Notes: a model not told the origin generated them from the letters alone. A stretch of DNA of 64,000 nucleotides from Bacteroidales bacterium (GCA_028282585.1 JANQHR010000062.1:6916-70915); one strand, 5' to 3'. Counted from the stretch's first letter, positions 38,560-49,308 are shown. Numbers and translations are program-made.

Positions 38560-39243
38560 ATGATTACAAACAAACCTAATGTTCTTAACACTCTTTTACC
38601 GGAAGGTGATATTTTAACAAATCAACAAACTGAATTAATTAAATCGAAAGGTAAAATAATTTCTTTTCAAAAAAAGGATGTTATTTTTAGACAAGGTACG
38701 ATTACTTCACACGTAATGTTTTTGGAATCGGGTCTTGTTAAACTTTCCAGGGAAGGAAAAAATGAAAGATCTTTAATAATTAAAATCGCTAAAGCGGGTG
38801 AATTTATTGGGTTAATATCGATGTTTGATAATGAGATTTACCAATATTCTGCTACCGCTATTGAAGATGCTAAAGTATTTTTTATTGATTTTAAAATCTT
38901 TAATACAATTCTATTAGAAAATGGAAGCTATACCGTTTATCTGTTAAAAGAAATTGCAAAAGACAATTTAAGTATTTTTGATCGTATTATTTCCCAGTAT
39001 CATAAGCAACTACCTGGTAAGATTGCCGATATTATTTTATACTTTTCTACTCACATTTATAATTCTGAAACTTTTGAATTTCCCATAACACGTAATGAAT
39101 TAGCAGAACTAGCCGGTACCACAAAAGAAAGTTTTATCCGTACTCTTGCCGAATTTAAAAATGATAAAATAATTGAAATTCAAGGTAAGCTGATAAAAAT
39201 TAATAGCATAGATATTATAAAAACTCTTAGCAGACTTGGATAA
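38560..39243 (+). CDS. Crp/Fnr-family transcriptional regulator
   Basis: 227 aa. cNMP-binding-like beta-barrel (F.QG......MFLESGLVKLS....G....I.I...GEFIG) plus a C-terminal HTH (TRNELAELAGTTKESFIRTLAEF). Confidence 0.85.
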   Translation: MITNKPNVLNTLLPEGDILTNQQTELIKSKGKIISFQKKDVIFRQGTITSHVMFLESGLVKLSREGKNERSLIIKIAKAGEFIGLISMFDNEIYQYSATAIEDAKVFFIDFKIFNTILLENGSYTVYLLKEIAKDNLSIFDRIISQYHKQLPGKIADIILYFSTHIYNSETFEFPITRNELAELAGTTKESFIRTLAEFKNDKIIEIQGKLIKINSIDIIKTLSRLG

Positions 39244-39614
39244 TGAGAAAATATAATATTCTAATTGTTGATGACATTTTAATGAACAGGGTTTTACTAA
39301 AAGAATTATTGCTCGATATAGCAAATGAAATCAAAGAAGCAAAAAATGGCCTTGAGGCATTAGATATAGTAAAAACAAACAACATCGACATAATTTTAAT
39401 GGACATTGAGATGCCAAAAATGAATGGTTTGGAAACAACTAAATATATAAGAACAGTATTACCTCGTCCTAAAAGTAATTTACCTATAATCGCGTTAACC
39501 GCGCATAACCCGAATGATTTTTTTGAAGATTTTTCGGAAGCGGGATTTAATGATCTTCTAACTAAACCATATTCTTTTGATAAAATCAAAAAAGCAATTG
39601 ATTCAGCATTATAA
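39243..39614 (+). CDS. Single-domain response regulator (receiver only)
   Basis: 123 aa (ILIVDD, DIILMDIEMPKMNG, IIALTA, TKP). The start overlaps the Crp-family stop (TAATG). Confidence 0.9.
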   Translation: MRKYNILIVDDILMNRVLLKELLLDIANEIKEAKNGLEALDIVKTNNIDIILMDIEMPKMNGLETTKYIRTVLPRPKSNLPIIALTAHNPNDFFEDFSEAGFNDLLTKPYSFDKIKKAIDSAL

Positions 39615-39628
39615 TAAACTTGTTAAAT

Positions 39629-42214
39629 ATGAAAAAAATAAATCGATTATTTGTAATCTTTATTCTTTCTTCTATTGTATATAGTAGCTGTAAAGACATT
39701 AATCCAAAACTAATTGAACCAGGAGTATCTAAAGAATTAGCGACTCTAAGAGAAAAACAATTAAGTGATATAAAATACTTTTTGTCTTTTTCAGTTCCCG
39801 ATTCTGTAAACGAAAAGGTACAAGGACATAGCATTATTGAATTCAATTTTAATAAGGAATTAAACAAACCTCTTATTCTTGATTTTAGAAACCCGGAGAC
39901 TTTCGTAAAATCAGTTAAGATTGATAAAAAGGAAATTAATTATGAATTTAAAAACGAACATATTATTATAAATGCCAAATTACTTCAAAATGGGAAGAAC
40001 AAACTTGAAATTGAATTTGTAGCCGGTGATCGCGCATTAAATAGAAACACTGAATATTTATATACATTATTTGTACCTGACAGGGCCTGTACAGCTTTTC
40101 CAAGCTTTGACCAACCTTCTTTAAAAGCTAAGTTCCAAACTGAAATAAACGTTCCTGGAGAATGGATATCTGTAGCAAATTCTCCATTAATTGATAAAAA
40201 AGAAGAAAATAGTCGTTCTATCTATATTTTTGATGAAACAGAACCAATTTCAACTTATATCTTTTCGTTTGTTGCGGGAAAATTTCAATCTGTTTCTAAA
40301 ACCTACGATGAAAGAGAAATTATTATGTATCATCGCGAAGATGATTTGGATAAGGTAAAAAATAATACCAATAAGATCTTTGATTTACATTACGGCTCTC
40401 TAAAATGGCTTGAGGAATATACACAAATAGAATATCCGTTCACCAAATTTGATTTTGTAATTATACCTTCCTTCCAATATTCCGGCATGGAACATCCGGG
40501 TGCAATTCTTTATCGCGACTCCAGGTTATTTCTTGAAAAAAATGCTACAATAAGAGAAAAATTGAACAGAGCCAATTTAATTGCACATGAAACTGCCCAT
40601 ATGTGGTTTGGAGATTTAGTTACAATGGAATGGTTTAGTGAAGTTTGGTTAAAAGAAGTTTTTGCCAATTTTATGGCAGGCAAAATTGTAAATCCTCAAT
40701 ATCCAGAGGTAAACCATGATCTTAACTTTTTAATTAATCATTATCCTTCATCTTACTCTGTTGATAGAACAAAAGGAGCAAATCCAATTGAACAAGAATT
40801 GGATAATATGAAAAATGCAGGAACTTTATATGGAAGTATCATTTATCATAAAGCCCCAATTATAATGAATCAACTAGAAAAAATTATAGGGAATGATTTG
40901 TTAAAAGAAGGTATCCAGGAATACTTAATCCAAAATATGTATGGAAATGCAACCTGGGATGATTTAATTAATATATTAGATAACAAAACAGATAAAGATT
41001 TAAAAAGATGGAGTCACGCGTGGGTATATGAACCAAGAATGCCTCATTATAACGTTCAAAAAGCATATAATGTCAACAATAAGTTGGAGTCAATAATCAT
41101 TGAACAATTAGACCCTGCGGGTAAAGGCAGACAATGGAATCAGGAGATTAAAGTTTTATTGGCACATGAGAAAGGAACCCAAGAATTTCAGGTTGAATTA
41201 AAAGATACATTTTCTGTTGTTAATCTATTAAAAAAGGAGTTGATACCCGAATATGTTTTCCCAAATTCTGATGGTCTGGGATATGGTTATTTTGAAATTG
41301 ATAGTATTTCAATCATTGGTATTTTAAATCAATTATCAGAAATAAAAGATCCTGTATTACGATGTTCAATGTATATTTCTCTTTGGGAAAATATGTTAAA
41401 TGAAAATATCAATCCGAGCGATCTTTATAAAACATTTTTAGAAACTCTGGATTCTGAAAACAATGCGCAAAATATTAATCTTTTGCTCGGATATGTAAAA
41501 TCTATTTATTGGAAATTTACACCAAATAAACAAAGGGATTTATTAGCTAAAGATCTGGAATCCTTCCTTTGGGAAAAAGTTCTTAGAGCTGGTTCTGCGG
41601 GTTTAAAATCTTCTTTTTTCAATGCTTACAGATCAATCATTTTAACTGAAAATGGTATAAATAATCTTTACCATCTATGGAAAGATAAAATTGAAATTTC
41701 CAACCTGGAACTTACTGAAAAGGATTTTACAAAGATTTCATTCGAATTAGCGTTAAGAAATATTCCAAACACGGAATCAGTTCTTGATAAACAGTATGAA
41801 AGAATAAAAAACACTGAGAAAAAAGATCGGTTTAATTTTATGAGACAAGCTGTTTCAACTCAAGAAAAAGTTCGTGATAATTTCTTTGAAAAATTAAAAG
41901 ACGAAAAGAATAGGGAAAAAGAACCATGGGTTATTGATGCTCTTTATTATTTACATCACCCTTTACGCAGTGAGGGATCTGTAAAATATTTAAGACCTTC
42001 ATTAGATATTCTGGAAGAAATTCAGGTTACCGGCGATATCTTTTTTCCAAAAAGATGGCTAGATGCAAGTTTTGCTGGTCATAATTCAGTTGATGCAGTA
42101 ACAGAAGTTAATTTATTTTTAAATGAAAATCCAGGTTATCCTGACAATTTAAAGAATAAAATTCTTCAATCAACAGATTTAGTATTCAGAGCAAGCATTA
42201 TTAATAATGAATAG
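39629..42214 (+). CDS. M1-family zinc aminopeptidase (lipoprotein)
   Basis: Start moved to ATG 39629 (MKKINRLFVIFILSSIVYSSC). HEXXH-x18-E zinc site (HETAHMWFGDLVTMEWFSEVWLKE) and a GxMEN-like exopeptidase motif (YSGMEHPG). Confidence 0.9.
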   Translation: MKKINRLFVIFILSSIVYSSCKDINPKLIEPGVSKELATLREKQLSDIKYFLSFSVPDSVNEKVQGHSIIEFNFNKELNKPLILDFRNPETFVKSVKIDKKEINYEFKNEHIIINAKLLQNGKNKLEIEFVAGDRALNRNTEYLYTLFVPDRACTAFPSFDQPSLKAKFQTEINVPGEWISVANSPLIDKKEENSRSIYIFDETEPISTYIFSFVAGKFQSVSKTYDEREIIMYHREDDLDKVKNNTNKIFDLHYGSLKWLEEYTQIEYPFTKFDFVIIPSFQYSGMEHPGAILYRDSRLFLEKNATIREKLNRANLIAHETAHMWFGDLVTMEWFSEVWLKEVFANFMAGKIVNPQYPEVNHDLNFLINHYPSSYSVDRTKGANPIEQELDNMKNAGTLYGSIIYHKAPIIMNQLEKIIGNDLLKEGIQEYLIQNMYGNATWDDLINILDNKTDKDLKRWSHAWVYEPRMPHYNVQKAYNVNNKLESIIIEQLDPAGKGRQWNQEIKVLLAHEKGTQEFQVELKDTFSVVNLLKKELIPEYVFPNSDGLGYGYFEIDSISIIGILNQLSEIKDPVLRCSMYISLWENMLNENINPSDLYKTFLETLDSENNAQNINLLLGYVKSIYWKFTPNKQRDLLAKDLESFLWEKVLRAGSAGLKSSFFNAYRSIILTENGINNLYHLWKDKIEISNLELTEKDFTKISFELALRNIPNTESVLDKQYERIKNTEKKDRFNFMRQAVSTQEKVRDNFFEKLKDEKNREKEPWVIDALYYLHHPLRSEGSVKYLRPSLDILEEIQVTGDIFFPKRWLDASFAGHNSVDAVTEVNLFLNENPGYPDNLKNKILQSTDLVFRASIINNE

Positions 42215-42217
42215 AAA

Positions 42218-42245
42218 AGCCGGATTTCTCCGGCTCTATTTTTCA
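42218..42245. terminator. Hairpin terminator between convergent genes
   Basis: AGCCGGA (42218-42224) pairs with TCCGGCT (42229-42235) around a TTTC loop, followed by a T-rich run. Overlaps the stop of the minus-strand gene. Confidence 0.6.
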
Positions 42246-42514
42246 TTTAAACTATTTAGCTCGTCAAGTAGTTTCATATTCATTTCATACATCTCCTCTA
42301 TAATATCTCTGTAATATTCTTTTTTACTCCCATTTTCCGGTGGGTTGTTAACTTTGTATAATAGATTTCTTCTCAACTGCTCTGCATCATGCATAATATC
42401 CAAAACATTTTCCTGATTGTTTACAGGAGAATATTCCATATACGAGAAACACTCAAGAATAACTTGATTTGCCAAGAAATTAATATCCTTTTTTAAATCT
42501 CGACTACTCGCCAT
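42236..42514 (-). CDS. Hypothetical small helical protein
   Basis: 92-aa ORF with no recognisable motif. Clean intergenic flanks. Confidence 0.5.
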   Translation of the reverse strand: MASSRDLKKDINFLANQVILECFSYMEYSPVNNQENVLDIMHDAEQLRRNLLYKVNNPPENGSKKEYYRDIIEEMYEMNMKLLDELNSLNEK

Positions 42515-42641
42515 TTCGATCTTAAATAATACAAAATTTAATAGAAAGATAGAAGTAAATATTTAAAAATCAAAATCGTTTATAAAAAAACACTCTGCCG
42601 TTTGAAGCAGAGTGTTAATAATATTCTCATATATTTTATTT

Positions 42642-44639
42642 CTATTCAATACTTTGCGAATATGAGGTCGTATAGTTTTTAAGCTCATCGATTCTAAAGA
42701 TGTTATACCCTTTATAGTACTTTATTATATCAACGTTTACATTCTCAAAACCAGAGTCTTTATACCATTTAACAAATCGATAATTAGCCTGCAATAAATC
42801 AATTTGATGATTGTAAATACAATGCTCAAAATTTTCTCCATAATTCAACATTGCTGAAAGAAAATAAAGCCCCACATCATAGGCATGAATTGCCATTTGG
42901 TTGGGTTCTGTATGGTAAGTATCTCTAAATTTCTTAATGAATCGCTTTACATCCTCATGATGGTAGTCAATAAAAAACGGAGAAGCTATACAAAGTTCAA
43001 GATTGAAATAATATTCCGGATCAATATTTCTAAAACGTTGCCAGCGTGATAATCCAATAACACGAACTTCTTTACCAAAAGCTCTTAATGTATTAAGTTT
43101 AGTTACAACATTTGTTACAAAAGCTTCTTCATTTGAAGGAACAACAAATACATTTTCAATTTCCTCGCTTAAAGCATGTTCTAATACATAAATACTATCT
43201 TCGAAAACAACCTCTTTAAACTGTATATTATTAATCAAAGTATCAATAGATAAGCTCGCAAAGATTTTATCTTTAACCATTTTCACATTACTATAACCCA
43301 AGCTATCACCGTTATGCACTAGTATGATGTTTTTGTCTCCGAAATCCGAAACAAAACGAGCAAATTCATTAATTTGTGATTCATATGATGGATATACCTG
43401 AAATAAATAAGGATTCTCATCAACCAGTTTCAAATTATCGCGTAAAGGTGAAACCATTTTAATCCCGTGTTGCTTTGAAAACTCTGAAACCAATTTAACT
43501 TCGTGATTATAAATCGGGCCGATTATTAAATCAGAATATTCTAATTCAGGAAAACTCAATATTTCTTTTATTCTTGCCGTATCATTTTGTGTATCATAAA
43601 CATGCAAGTTAATTGATAGCCCTCTTTGTTTTAAGCTATCGATAGCCATTAATAACCCTTCGTAAAACTCAACAAATGCTATTGATTTTGGATAAATATA
43701 AAATGGTTCATAAAAAACTTTTTCATAGATTTTTTTTCCGTATTCATCTACTTCCGAAGAATCAATAAAGAATTCCTCATCGTTCTTTTCTAAGTAAAAC
43801 GGCAGTAGCAATGATACATGATAAGGTTCACTTTTCGGTCTGAATATTTTCTGACATTCGGTAAAATTCATTGAATCAGAATAAGCAATGCTGGTACGTT
43901 TTTCATAGAAAATAGAATCAGTCACTTGTTCTTCCTGCCTTAATAAAACCGTTGTAGCTTCAAATCCTTCTTCGACAATTGGAATCTTTAAAACCTGCCC
44001 ATACTTTAATCCATCTTTTAAAAAAGGGTTATGTTCATTTAAAATCTCTTCCGTAATATTATATTCACGGGTAAGTGAAAATACTGTCTCTTTCTGTTCA
44101 ACTTTATGATAAATAAATTTACTAGGAATTCTTATAGTATCTTCTAATATATTATTTGATGGTGTTAAGTTTACAACATTCTTGTTTTCTCTCGTTTTTG
44201 GAATTCTTATAATTTGATTTACTTTAATTACGTATTCAATTGAAGGGTCATTAAATGCTATTATATCTTCCTTTGGTACATTATACATTTGTGAAAGTGA
44301 AAACAAAGTTTGGCCAGGTTGAACTCTATGATATAATACATATTTTTCTCCTCCTGATTTTTCCTCGGTTTGTTCTTTAACCACAGGAATTTTTAGCGCC
44401 TGTCCGGGTTGTAAACCTAAAAAGATTTCAGGATTTTCTTTTGCAACTTGTTTTTGACTAACATTATATGCTTTACAAAGTGAAAATAATGTTTCTCCCT
44501 GTTTTACAATGTGAACATAATAATGCTGTCCTCCAATTATTACTTTATTTTTTGAAATTTCAATTTTAGTCGAATCACTTTGTGCAAAAGCGTTAAAAGT
44601 GATCAGTAGTAAAACGAAAATATTACGAAGCCTTTTCAC
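42642..44639 (-). CDS. Secreted protein with three LysM domains and a periplasmic-binding-protein-like C-terminal domain
   Basis: 665 aa with a signal peptide. Three LysM repeats (HIVKQGETLFSLCKAYNVS, HRVQPGQTLFSLSQMYNVP, HKVEQKETVFSLTREYNIT), then a type-I PBP-like region. Confidence 0.8.
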   Translation of the reverse strand: MKRLRNIFVLLLITFNAFAQSDSTKIEISKNKVIIGGQHYYVHIVKQGETLFSLCKAYNVSQKQVAKENPEIFLGLQPGQALKIPVVKEQTEEKSGGEKYVLYHRVQPGQTLFSLSQMYNVPKEDIIAFNDPSIEYVIKVNQIIRIPKTRENKNVVNLTPSNNILEDTIRIPSKFIYHKVEQKETVFSLTREYNITEEILNEHNPFLKDGLKYGQVLKIPIVEEGFEATTVLLRQEEQVTDSIFYEKRTSIAYSDSMNFTECQKIFRPKSEPYHVSLLLPFYLEKNDEEFFIDSSEVDEYGKKIYEKVFYEPFYIYPKSIAFVEFYEGLLMAIDSLKQRGLSINLHVYDTQNDTARIKEILSFPELEYSDLIIGPIYNHEVKLVSEFSKQHGIKMVSPLRDNLKLVDENPYLFQVYPSYESQINEFARFVSDFGDKNIILVHNGDSLGYSNVKMVKDKIFASLSIDTLINNIQFKEVVFEDSIYVLEHALSEEIENVFVVPSNEEAFVTNVVTKLNTLRAFGKEVRVIGLSRWQRFRNIDPEYYFNLELCIASPFFIDYHHEDVKRFIKKFRDTYHTEPNQMAIHAYDVGLYFLSAMLNYGENFEHCIYNHQIDLLQANYRFVKWYKDSGFENVNVDIIKYYKGYNIFRIDELKNYTTSYSQSIE

Positions 44640-44726
44640 ACATTAATTATTTAGGTTTAAACTTTAACTTTTAGAGGATAATTTTATTGTTCAGTGACAA
44701 AATTAATTGAACTCTCGGAATAAAAA

Positions 44727-44756
44727 AATAAGCATGACAATTTTGTCATGCTTATT
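44727..44756 (-). terminator. Intrinsic terminator after the ferritin-like gene
   Basis: Near-perfect palindrome pairs AATAAGCATGACAA with TTGTCATGCTTATT, followed by a U run on the minus strand. Confidence 0.6.
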
Positions 44757-44775
44757 TTTATGTTTGGTTTAAAAT

Positions 44776-45231
44776 TTAATTTTCTCTTAAAACATACTCA
44801 TCATACTCTATTTCAAAACGTAATTTATGTTTTGACTCTTCCTGGGCCAAAACTATAAACACTTCCCTTATCTCCTCATTACTTGATGCTTTTGCCAGAT
44901 CATAATATAATTTAAAAGCCGCCTTTTCTTTACTCATAGCCACTACCAAGGCTTCTGAGTAAGTCATATCCGGCTTTACCGAAACCTCTGCTATATAATC
45001 ACTTATTTTTAAATCAGCAATTTGTTTTTGTTCTATTTTAAATGAACCTTCATTTTTAATTTTTGTTAAACGAGCTTTATGTTCAATTTCTTCTTGTGCA
45101 AAAGAAGTAAACACAATTCGCATATCTTCCGTTTTTGCATTTTTAGCTAACTCATTATAGAAATCTACAGCTTCTTGTTCTGCATTTATTGCAAAATCAA
45201 GGATATCGTTAATAGAGTTAAATTCTTTCAT
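44776..45231 (-). CDS. Ferritin-like / rubrerythrin-family diiron protein
   Basis: 151 aa four-helix-type protein with two E-x-x-H motifs (QEEIEHKARL and QEESKHKLRF) plus upstream Glu residues. Confidence 0.75.
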   Translation of the reverse strand: MKEFNSINDILDFAINAEQEAVDFYNELAKNAKTEDMRIVFTSFAQEEIEHKARLTKIKNEGSFKIEQKQIADLKISDYIAEVSVKPDMTYSEALVVAMSKEKAAFKLYYDLAKASSNEEIREVFIVLAQEESKHKLRFEIEYDEYVLREN

Positions 45232-45567
45232 CTTTTTTTGTATTTAGTTTTAATGTTAACAATATTTAATTCTTTTTGTTTTTGATAATTTTATTATGCA
45301 TTGCAAATCTTACACTTTTCTCCTTTTATTAGCTACTCGGCTGCTATAAGAACACTTTACTTTTAATGATATGAAATTATATATGGTTATCATTATATAA
45401 TTATTGAATGTTTCAAGTCTCTTATTTCTACAATACTTTGAGATTTTTAAAATATATAAATTATCAAATAAATGCTTATAATGCAAGCTTTTCAGATTAT
45501 TTATTGAAGTTTAATTCTAAATAAATGCATTATAAGATTAGAGCGTATTTTATCAGAGGATCGGAAA

Positions 45568-45599
45568 ATAAGGGATACAATATTTAATGTATCCCTTAT
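45568..45599 (-). terminator. Intrinsic terminator after the NuoE/F-like operon
   Basis: 11-bp stem pairs ATAAGGGATAC with GTATCCCTTAT around a 10-nt loop, followed by U4 on the minus strand. Confidence 0.55.
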
Positions 45600-45615
45600 A
45601 TATTGTAATTTATTA

Positions 45616-48600
45616 TTAATTAAAAGCTTCTTTAAAATTATCGTCAAAAACCTTTACTAAATTATCACAACCATGCTTAAATAACTTATTCAAGTTATCC
45701 TTTTCGGTATAAACAAACTCAAAACCTTCTGTTTTCTTAACATCAGATAGAATATCGAAGATTTCTTTTCTGATATCATCCACAGATTCCACCTTAGTTT
45801 CGATAAGTTGATTAAAAATTTGATGCAATTGTTGGTAATTCTCCATTTCAATCTTGCCATCAAACTGTTTTTCAAATACCTGAATATTTTTTTGAGTGTT
45901 TGTAAAACTTCCGGATGTTTCTACTGGGAAAGTAGCTGGAAGAATTAAATTAGCCTTTTGAGCCGTTTCAGTCATAAAGTAATCCTGAACCATTACAAAT
46001 TCCGCATCAGCAAACCATTTTTGCACTTTTTCTTTTTCAGTGGCACATCCAATAGGATCTTCGCCGAAAATGTAGAATTTCTTTAATAAACCTTCATTTA
46101 ATAACTCTTTCATACATTTATCTCCTTGCTCAGGTAAACCATCAACCTTCCAAGTTTTAGCAAGTTTTTTAGCATATTTGGTATCTGCTAAGTCAACATT
46201 GCCAACACCATTTTTAGATGAAACTCCCATGTCAAATAATCCTTGTGAGTTATTTTTTTCTTTCAATGAGATTAATCCATTAGCAATTTTACTTAATTTA
46301 CCAGTTATCATTGCCAAGTTAAATAGCTCACGGCTTACATTCGACGAAACTTCTTTTTCGGAAAATACCAATATAGCATTCATCTCATTGTTATATGATT
46401 TAGCAAAGCTTTCTAAAGTTTCTTTGCTAGTACCGGATTCTTTAACCAATTGGTCGTAATTTTCCGTAGCTAATTCCTTCTTGTATTCATCAAAACCAGC
46501 GCAATTATCTTTAATGAACATTGCATTTTGCAATCTATTTTCCACTAAATAGTAATTAATTGCCTTAACAAAATGATAGTAAGAATTAACCTTAATGGTT
46601 TTATCAACTTTATGTTCCAATGCACTTAATTCTCTATTAGTAATTAACTCTATAGGAGTATTTTCAATTTCACGCACATTATTGATCATAAAGCTTGCGA
46701 CCGGATTATCCATATTTACCTCTGATCCTAATATATAAATTCGCGAGGCATCTTTGATTTGCTCAAAAGGAACATTTGCTTCTGAATTTCCACTATACCA
46801 CCTTCCTTGCCCAACATAATGGAAACTTGAAATGTTATTGGTTTTAGCTCCTGCCCTTGCAAGTTTCTGAATCATATACATTTCTTCATTACTTAAACGA
46901 GCTCCAGCGAAAAAACCATTTTCACTAGAGTCAGCTCCTTTAATTTCATCTGCAATTACATCAAATGCCTTTTCCCAACTAATTACTTCAAATTTTCCAT
47001 CCACTTTTATTAATGGTTGAGTAATTCTGGAAGCATCGTTCATAACCGGATAACCAAATCGAGAATAACGGCAAATATTTCCATCTTTATTTATCTGCCC
47101 TTCATATCCATTTACATTCCATACAAATTCTGATTTGTGGTTATATTCAACTTCACAACCAATCGAGCAATAATGGCATAATGTATTTGCTTTGTCAAGC
47201 TCAACCGGTCCAGGTTTAAAGTTTACATTCTCGGTAATTGCTCCTGTTGGGCATGTTGAAATACATGAACCGCAAGATTCACAATCCGTTTCAACCAGTG
47301 AATTACCCATACTAGGTGCAATAAATGTATTAAATCCACGATTTACCAACCCCAAAGCATTAGCACCAACTACCTCCTTACAGATTCTAACACATCGGGC
47401 ACAAAGTATACATTTATTGTTATCTATTTCAACATAAGGATGAGAAAAATCTAATTCGTGAGCATGATAATCACCAGCAAAATTCTTTTGCTCAGCTTCA
47501 TATTGAGTTGCATATTTTTTTAAGTCACAAGTAAAAAATTCTGTACATCCACATTCCAGGCAACGCTCAGCTTCGTGTTGTGCAACATTTTCAGCATAAC
47601 CCAGTTCAACTTCATTAAAATTAATTCTTTCGTCAGCTGGAAGCACAGGCATTTCCTCACGCAATTGCTTTTGATACCTTCCCAAAAAATCTTCTGTCTT
47701 TAGTTCTTTATAACTATCCTTTTTACTAATAAACTCTTTTGGTTCCGGTGTTAATTCTTCGCCCATTAAAAATTGATGGCAACTGCGGCTTGCAGTTTTA
47801 GCCTGTTCAATTGCTTCAATAATTGTTGCTGGACCTGTAACACCATCACCTGCAGCAAACATAGACTTTATTCCTGTTTGTAATGTGTTTTTATCCGCAT
47901 CTATATCACCCCAACGATTAACCTCTAACTTTCCTTCGGTAGCTGATTCATTAATATCATCTAAGAAATTAACCACTGTTTTCTGTCCAATAGCAGCTAA
48001 AATATAATCCAGTTCAATATCAAAATCAGAACCTTCAACCGGTACAGGGCGTCGTCGCCCTGAAGCATCAGGTTCACCCAGCTCCATTTTTAAGCATGTC
48101 ATTGATTTTACTTTACCATCTTTGTCCTTATTAACTTTTGATGGATTAGTCAAGAATAAATATTCTACACCCTCAACTTTCGATTCGTGAATCTCAATTG
48201 GATTTGCGGGCATTTCTTTTTCTGTCCGACGATAAATGACATAAACCTTTTCTGCTCCACATCTCAATGAAGTGCGACAGCAATCCATTGCTGTATTACC
48301 ACCTCCAACTACGGCAATCGTTTTTCCTTTAAAGTTGTATTTTTGGCCTGTCATTTCCATATTTCTTAGGAAATCAATACCTGAAAATACATTCTCTGCA
48401 TCATCACCTTCGCAGCCAATTAATGTTCCTCGCTGTGAACCAATAGTTAAGATTACAGAATCATAATCACTTTTTAATTCTTTATAACTTAAGTTATCAC
48501 CTAATTTTTTGTTGTAAAAGATATTTGTACCTAATTCAGTTACAGCAGCCACTTCCTGATCTAATATATCATTTGGTAAACGATACTCAGGAATACCATA

Positions 48601-49308
48601 ACGTAACCAACCTCCAGGATTTGGGCTTGCTTCAAAAATATCACATTGGTGACCTTTTTGTTGTAGAAAGTATGCTGATGATAACCCACCAGGTCCGGCA
48701 CCAATGATTGCTACTTTTTTTCCAGTTGATTTCGCTACTTCAGGAACAAATCTTGTTTCTGATAATAAATCTTGGTCAGCTGCAAAACGCTTCATATAAT
48801 CAATACCTACCGCAGCCCCCTCATCTAAATGATTACGTCGACAAGCTACCTCACAAGGACGTACACAAACACGACCACAAATTGCCGGTAACGGATTTGT
48901 CTCTTTAATTAACGCAACTGCTTCGTTATATAAGCCTTTTTCTATTAATGCAATATAGCCTTGTACATCAACACCCGCCGGGCAAGTTTGCTTACACGGA
49001 GCCTCACAATCGGCATAATGGTTACTTACTAATAAATCTAAAGCTGTTTTTCGAGCTTTTTTAACTTTTTCGTTTTCAGTCTCAATCTTCATCCCTTCCT
49101 GGATCTTAGTGGAACAAGAAGGTTGCATGCCTCGCATACCATCTACTTCAACAACACAAACAAAACAGGATGAGAATGGCTTCAATCGATTATCATAGCA
49201 TAATGTTGGAATTTCAATTCCATTTCTTTTGGCTAGCTGAAGAATCGTTTCTCCTGGCTTTCCTTTTATATTTTTTCCGTTAAGAATTATATTTAGTTGA
49301 TTGCTCAT
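45616..49308 (-). CDS. 1230-aa fusion oxidoreductase: 2Fe-2S ferredoxin + GltD/NfnB-like NADPH-FAD module + NuoG/FdhA-type FeS clusters + degenerate molybdopterin-oxidoreductase-fold domain (StnC-like)
   Basis: N-terminal 2Fe-2S region (LCYD...SSCFVCVVEV). GltD-type cluster motifs (CEAPCKQTCPAG, GRVCVRPCEVAC), FAD site (IIGAGPGGL) and NADPH site (VVGGGNTAMDC). FeS motifs CLECGC, CILCARCVRIC, CESCGSCISTCP and CHYCSIGCE. MopB-like motifs RITQPLIKVDGKFEVISWEKAFD. No [FeFe]-hydrogenase H-cluster motifs. Confidence 0.85.
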   Translation of the reverse strand: MSNQLNIILNGKNIKGKPGETILQLAKRNGIEIPTLCYDNRLKPFSSCFVCVVEVDGMRGMQPSCSTKIQEGMKIETENEKVKKARKTALDLLVSNHYADCEAPCKQTCPAGVDVQGYIALIEKGLYNEAVALIKETNPLPAICGRVCVRPCEVACRRNHLDEGAAVGIDYMKRFAADQDLLSETRFVPEVAKSTGKKVAIIGAGPGGLSSAYFLQQKGHQCDIFEASPNPGGWLRYGIPEYRLPNDILDQEVAAVTELGTNIFYNKKLGDNLSYKELKSDYDSVILTIGSQRGTLIGCEGDDAENVFSGIDFLRNMEMTGQKYNFKGKTIAVVGGGNTAMDCCRTSLRCGAEKVYVIYRRTEKEMPANPIEIHESKVEGVEYLFLTNPSKVNKDKDGKVKSMTCLKMELGEPDASGRRRPVPVEGSDFDIELDYILAAIGQKTVVNFLDDINESATEGKLEVNRWGDIDADKNTLQTGIKSMFAAGDGVTGPATIIEAIEQAKTASRSCHQFLMGEELTPEPKEFISKKDSYKELKTEDFLGRYQKQLREEMPVLPADERINFNEVELGYAENVAQHEAERCLECGCTEFFTCDLKKYATQYEAEQKNFAGDYHAHELDFSHPYVEIDNNKCILCARCVRICKEVVGANALGLVNRGFNTFIAPSMGNSLVETDCESCGSCISTCPTGAITENVNFKPGPVELDKANTLCHYCSIGCEVEYNHKSEFVWNVNGYEGQINKDGNICRYSRFGYPVMNDASRITQPLIKVDGKFEVISWEKAFDVIADEIKGADSSENGFFAGARLSNEEMYMIQKLARAGAKTNNISSFHYVGQGRWYSGNSEANVPFEQIKDASRIYILGSEVNMDNPVASFMINNVREIENTPIELITNRELSALEHKVDKTIKVNSYYHFVKAINYYLVENRLQNAMFIKDNCAGFDEYKKELATENYDQLVKESGTSKETLESFAKSYNNEMNAILVFSEKEVSSNVSRELFNLAMITGKLSKIANGLISLKEKNNSQGLFDMGVSSKNGVGNVDLADTKYAKKLAKTWKVDGLPEQGDKCMKELLNEGLLKKFYIFGEDPIGCATEKEKVQKWFADAEFVMVQDYFMTETAQKANLILPATFPVETSGSFTNTQKNIQVFEKQFDGKIEMENYQQLHQIFNQLIETKVESVDDIRKEIFDILSDVKKTEGFEFVYTEKDNLNKLFKHGCDNLVKVFDDNFKEAFN

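Noticed and set aside
39109-39867. Minus-strand ORFs 39109-39324, 39227-39589 and 39586-39867
   Set aside because: Antisense to the Crp-family, receiver and M1 peptidase genes, with no motifs.
45616-49308. Calling the 1230-aa subunit an [FeFe]-hydrogenase or a formate dehydrogenase
   Set aside because: No H-cluster motifs (TSCCP, MPCxxK, CxxGCxxGGG) are present. By-eye alignment shows Gly-Gln where FDHs carry Sec/Cys-His. A complete GltD-type NADPH/FAD module is present instead. The small ORFs 45690-45875 (same strand, alternate frame), 46178-46459, 47192-47437, 48272-48466, 48525-48707 and 48708-48908 (antisense) are shadows.
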